Under the pieces are notes generated by a model. That model searched no databases and was not told the DNA's origin. It saw only the letters and a program-made list of their open reading frames with translations. A stretch of 64,000 nt of DNA from an uncultured Acidobacteriota bacterium. Lineage in GTDB: Bacteria > Acidobacteriota > Blastocatellia > RBC074. The translations under genes were made by a program, and so were the position numbers. The DNA is taken from assembly GCA_963796275.1 (NCBI GenBank), contig CAWCKY010000006.1, positions 768,001 to 832,000 of the forward strand, given 5' to 3'. Shown here in pieces: positions 63,309-64,000 of this stretch. How positions within the stretch are numbered: position 1 is the first letter of the stretch; the number at the start of each line of letters is the position of its first letter.

Positions 63309-64000
63309 ATGTTGAACACTTTCCGGCAAGACCTGCGCTACGGCCTGCGAATTTTACTCAAACAAAAGGGGGTCACGGCTGTCGCCGTGCTCTCACTGGC
63401 GCTGGGCATCGGCGCGAATACCGCGCTCTTCAGCATCGTCGATGCGATACTGCTCAGACAGTTGCCGGTCAGGGAACCGGAGCGGCTGGTGCTATTCAAG
63501 TCGATCTTCCCGCCCGGGTTCGCGCCGGGCAACTATAACGGCAGTCCCGACAGCGACCCGACCAAGAAGACTTCGTTCCCCTACCAGAGCTTTCTGCGCA
63601 TGCGTGACCAGCAGAGCGCGCTTTCAGACGTGATCGCATACGGCAACGTGGTTCTGACTGTAAATGCCGATGGGCAGGCCGATTTAGCCAGCGGACAAGC
63701 AGTCTCGGGCAACTATTTTGCCGGATTGGGTGTTCAGGCGTTACTCGGTCGCACAATTATGGATGGCGATGATAATGCGGCGGCTGGCGCTGTCGCCGTG
63801 TTGAGTTACCGGTATTGGCGGCAGCGCTTTGGCGGCGATCCGGCTGTTATCGGCAAACTGATCAATCTAAACAACGTCGCATTCACCGTCATAGGCGTCA
63901 CTCCCAAGGGTTTTGAAGGAACGGGACAGATCGGATCGTCGCGCGATGTGACGATCCCGATCGCCTGTGAGCCGCAGTTGTATGGCGAGCGCGAACGCTC
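63309..64000 (+). CDS. ADOP family permease, 5' part (runs off window)
   Basis: [56 protein letters not shown]. Confidence 0.9.
   Translation, partial: MLNTFRQDLRYGLRILLKQKGVTAVAVLSLALGIGANTALFSIVDAILLRQLPVREPERLVLFKSIFPPGFAPGNYNGSPDSDPTKKTSFPYQSFLRMRDQQSALSDVIAYGNVVLTVNADGQADLASGQAVSGNYFAGLGVQALLGRTIMDGDDNAAAGAVAVLSYRYWRQRFGGDPAVIGKLINLNNVAFTVIGVTPKGFEGTGQIGSSRDVTIPIACEPQLYGERER

Overview
64 kb of bacterial chromosome, most likely Acidobacteriota (inferred from the gene set: seven MacB/FtsX-type duplicated 'ADOP' permeases plus remnants, PadR, three Oar-like TonB-dependent receptors, an acidobacterial VWA protein, a DUF1592/DUF1552 pair). No rRNA, tRNA, transposase, integrase or CRISPR-cas locus was recognised. 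Main result: the ORF track splits one gene in two at an in-frame TGA. 27354..25567 (-) reads as one 595-aa UGSC-type selenoprotein with a U-D-G-C motif and a SECIS-like hairpin just 3' of the UGA. It lies in a co-oriented cluster (TonB receptor, selenoprotein, SDR, MFS, SDR) whose SDRs resemble lignin Calpha-dehydrogenases. Second result: a 38-bp dyad followed 72-74 bp later by a sigma54-like -24/-12 element occurs four times, each time ahead of an ADOP gene or an ADOP deletion scar. Also present: ADOP gene remnants, a frameshifted TonB receptor, gndA broken by about six indels, a TA-flanked MITE, several REP/REPIN families, a 4-unit BIME-like array and palindromes built from 7-9-bp tandem units. 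Protein family calls are by motif recognition only; no database search was run.
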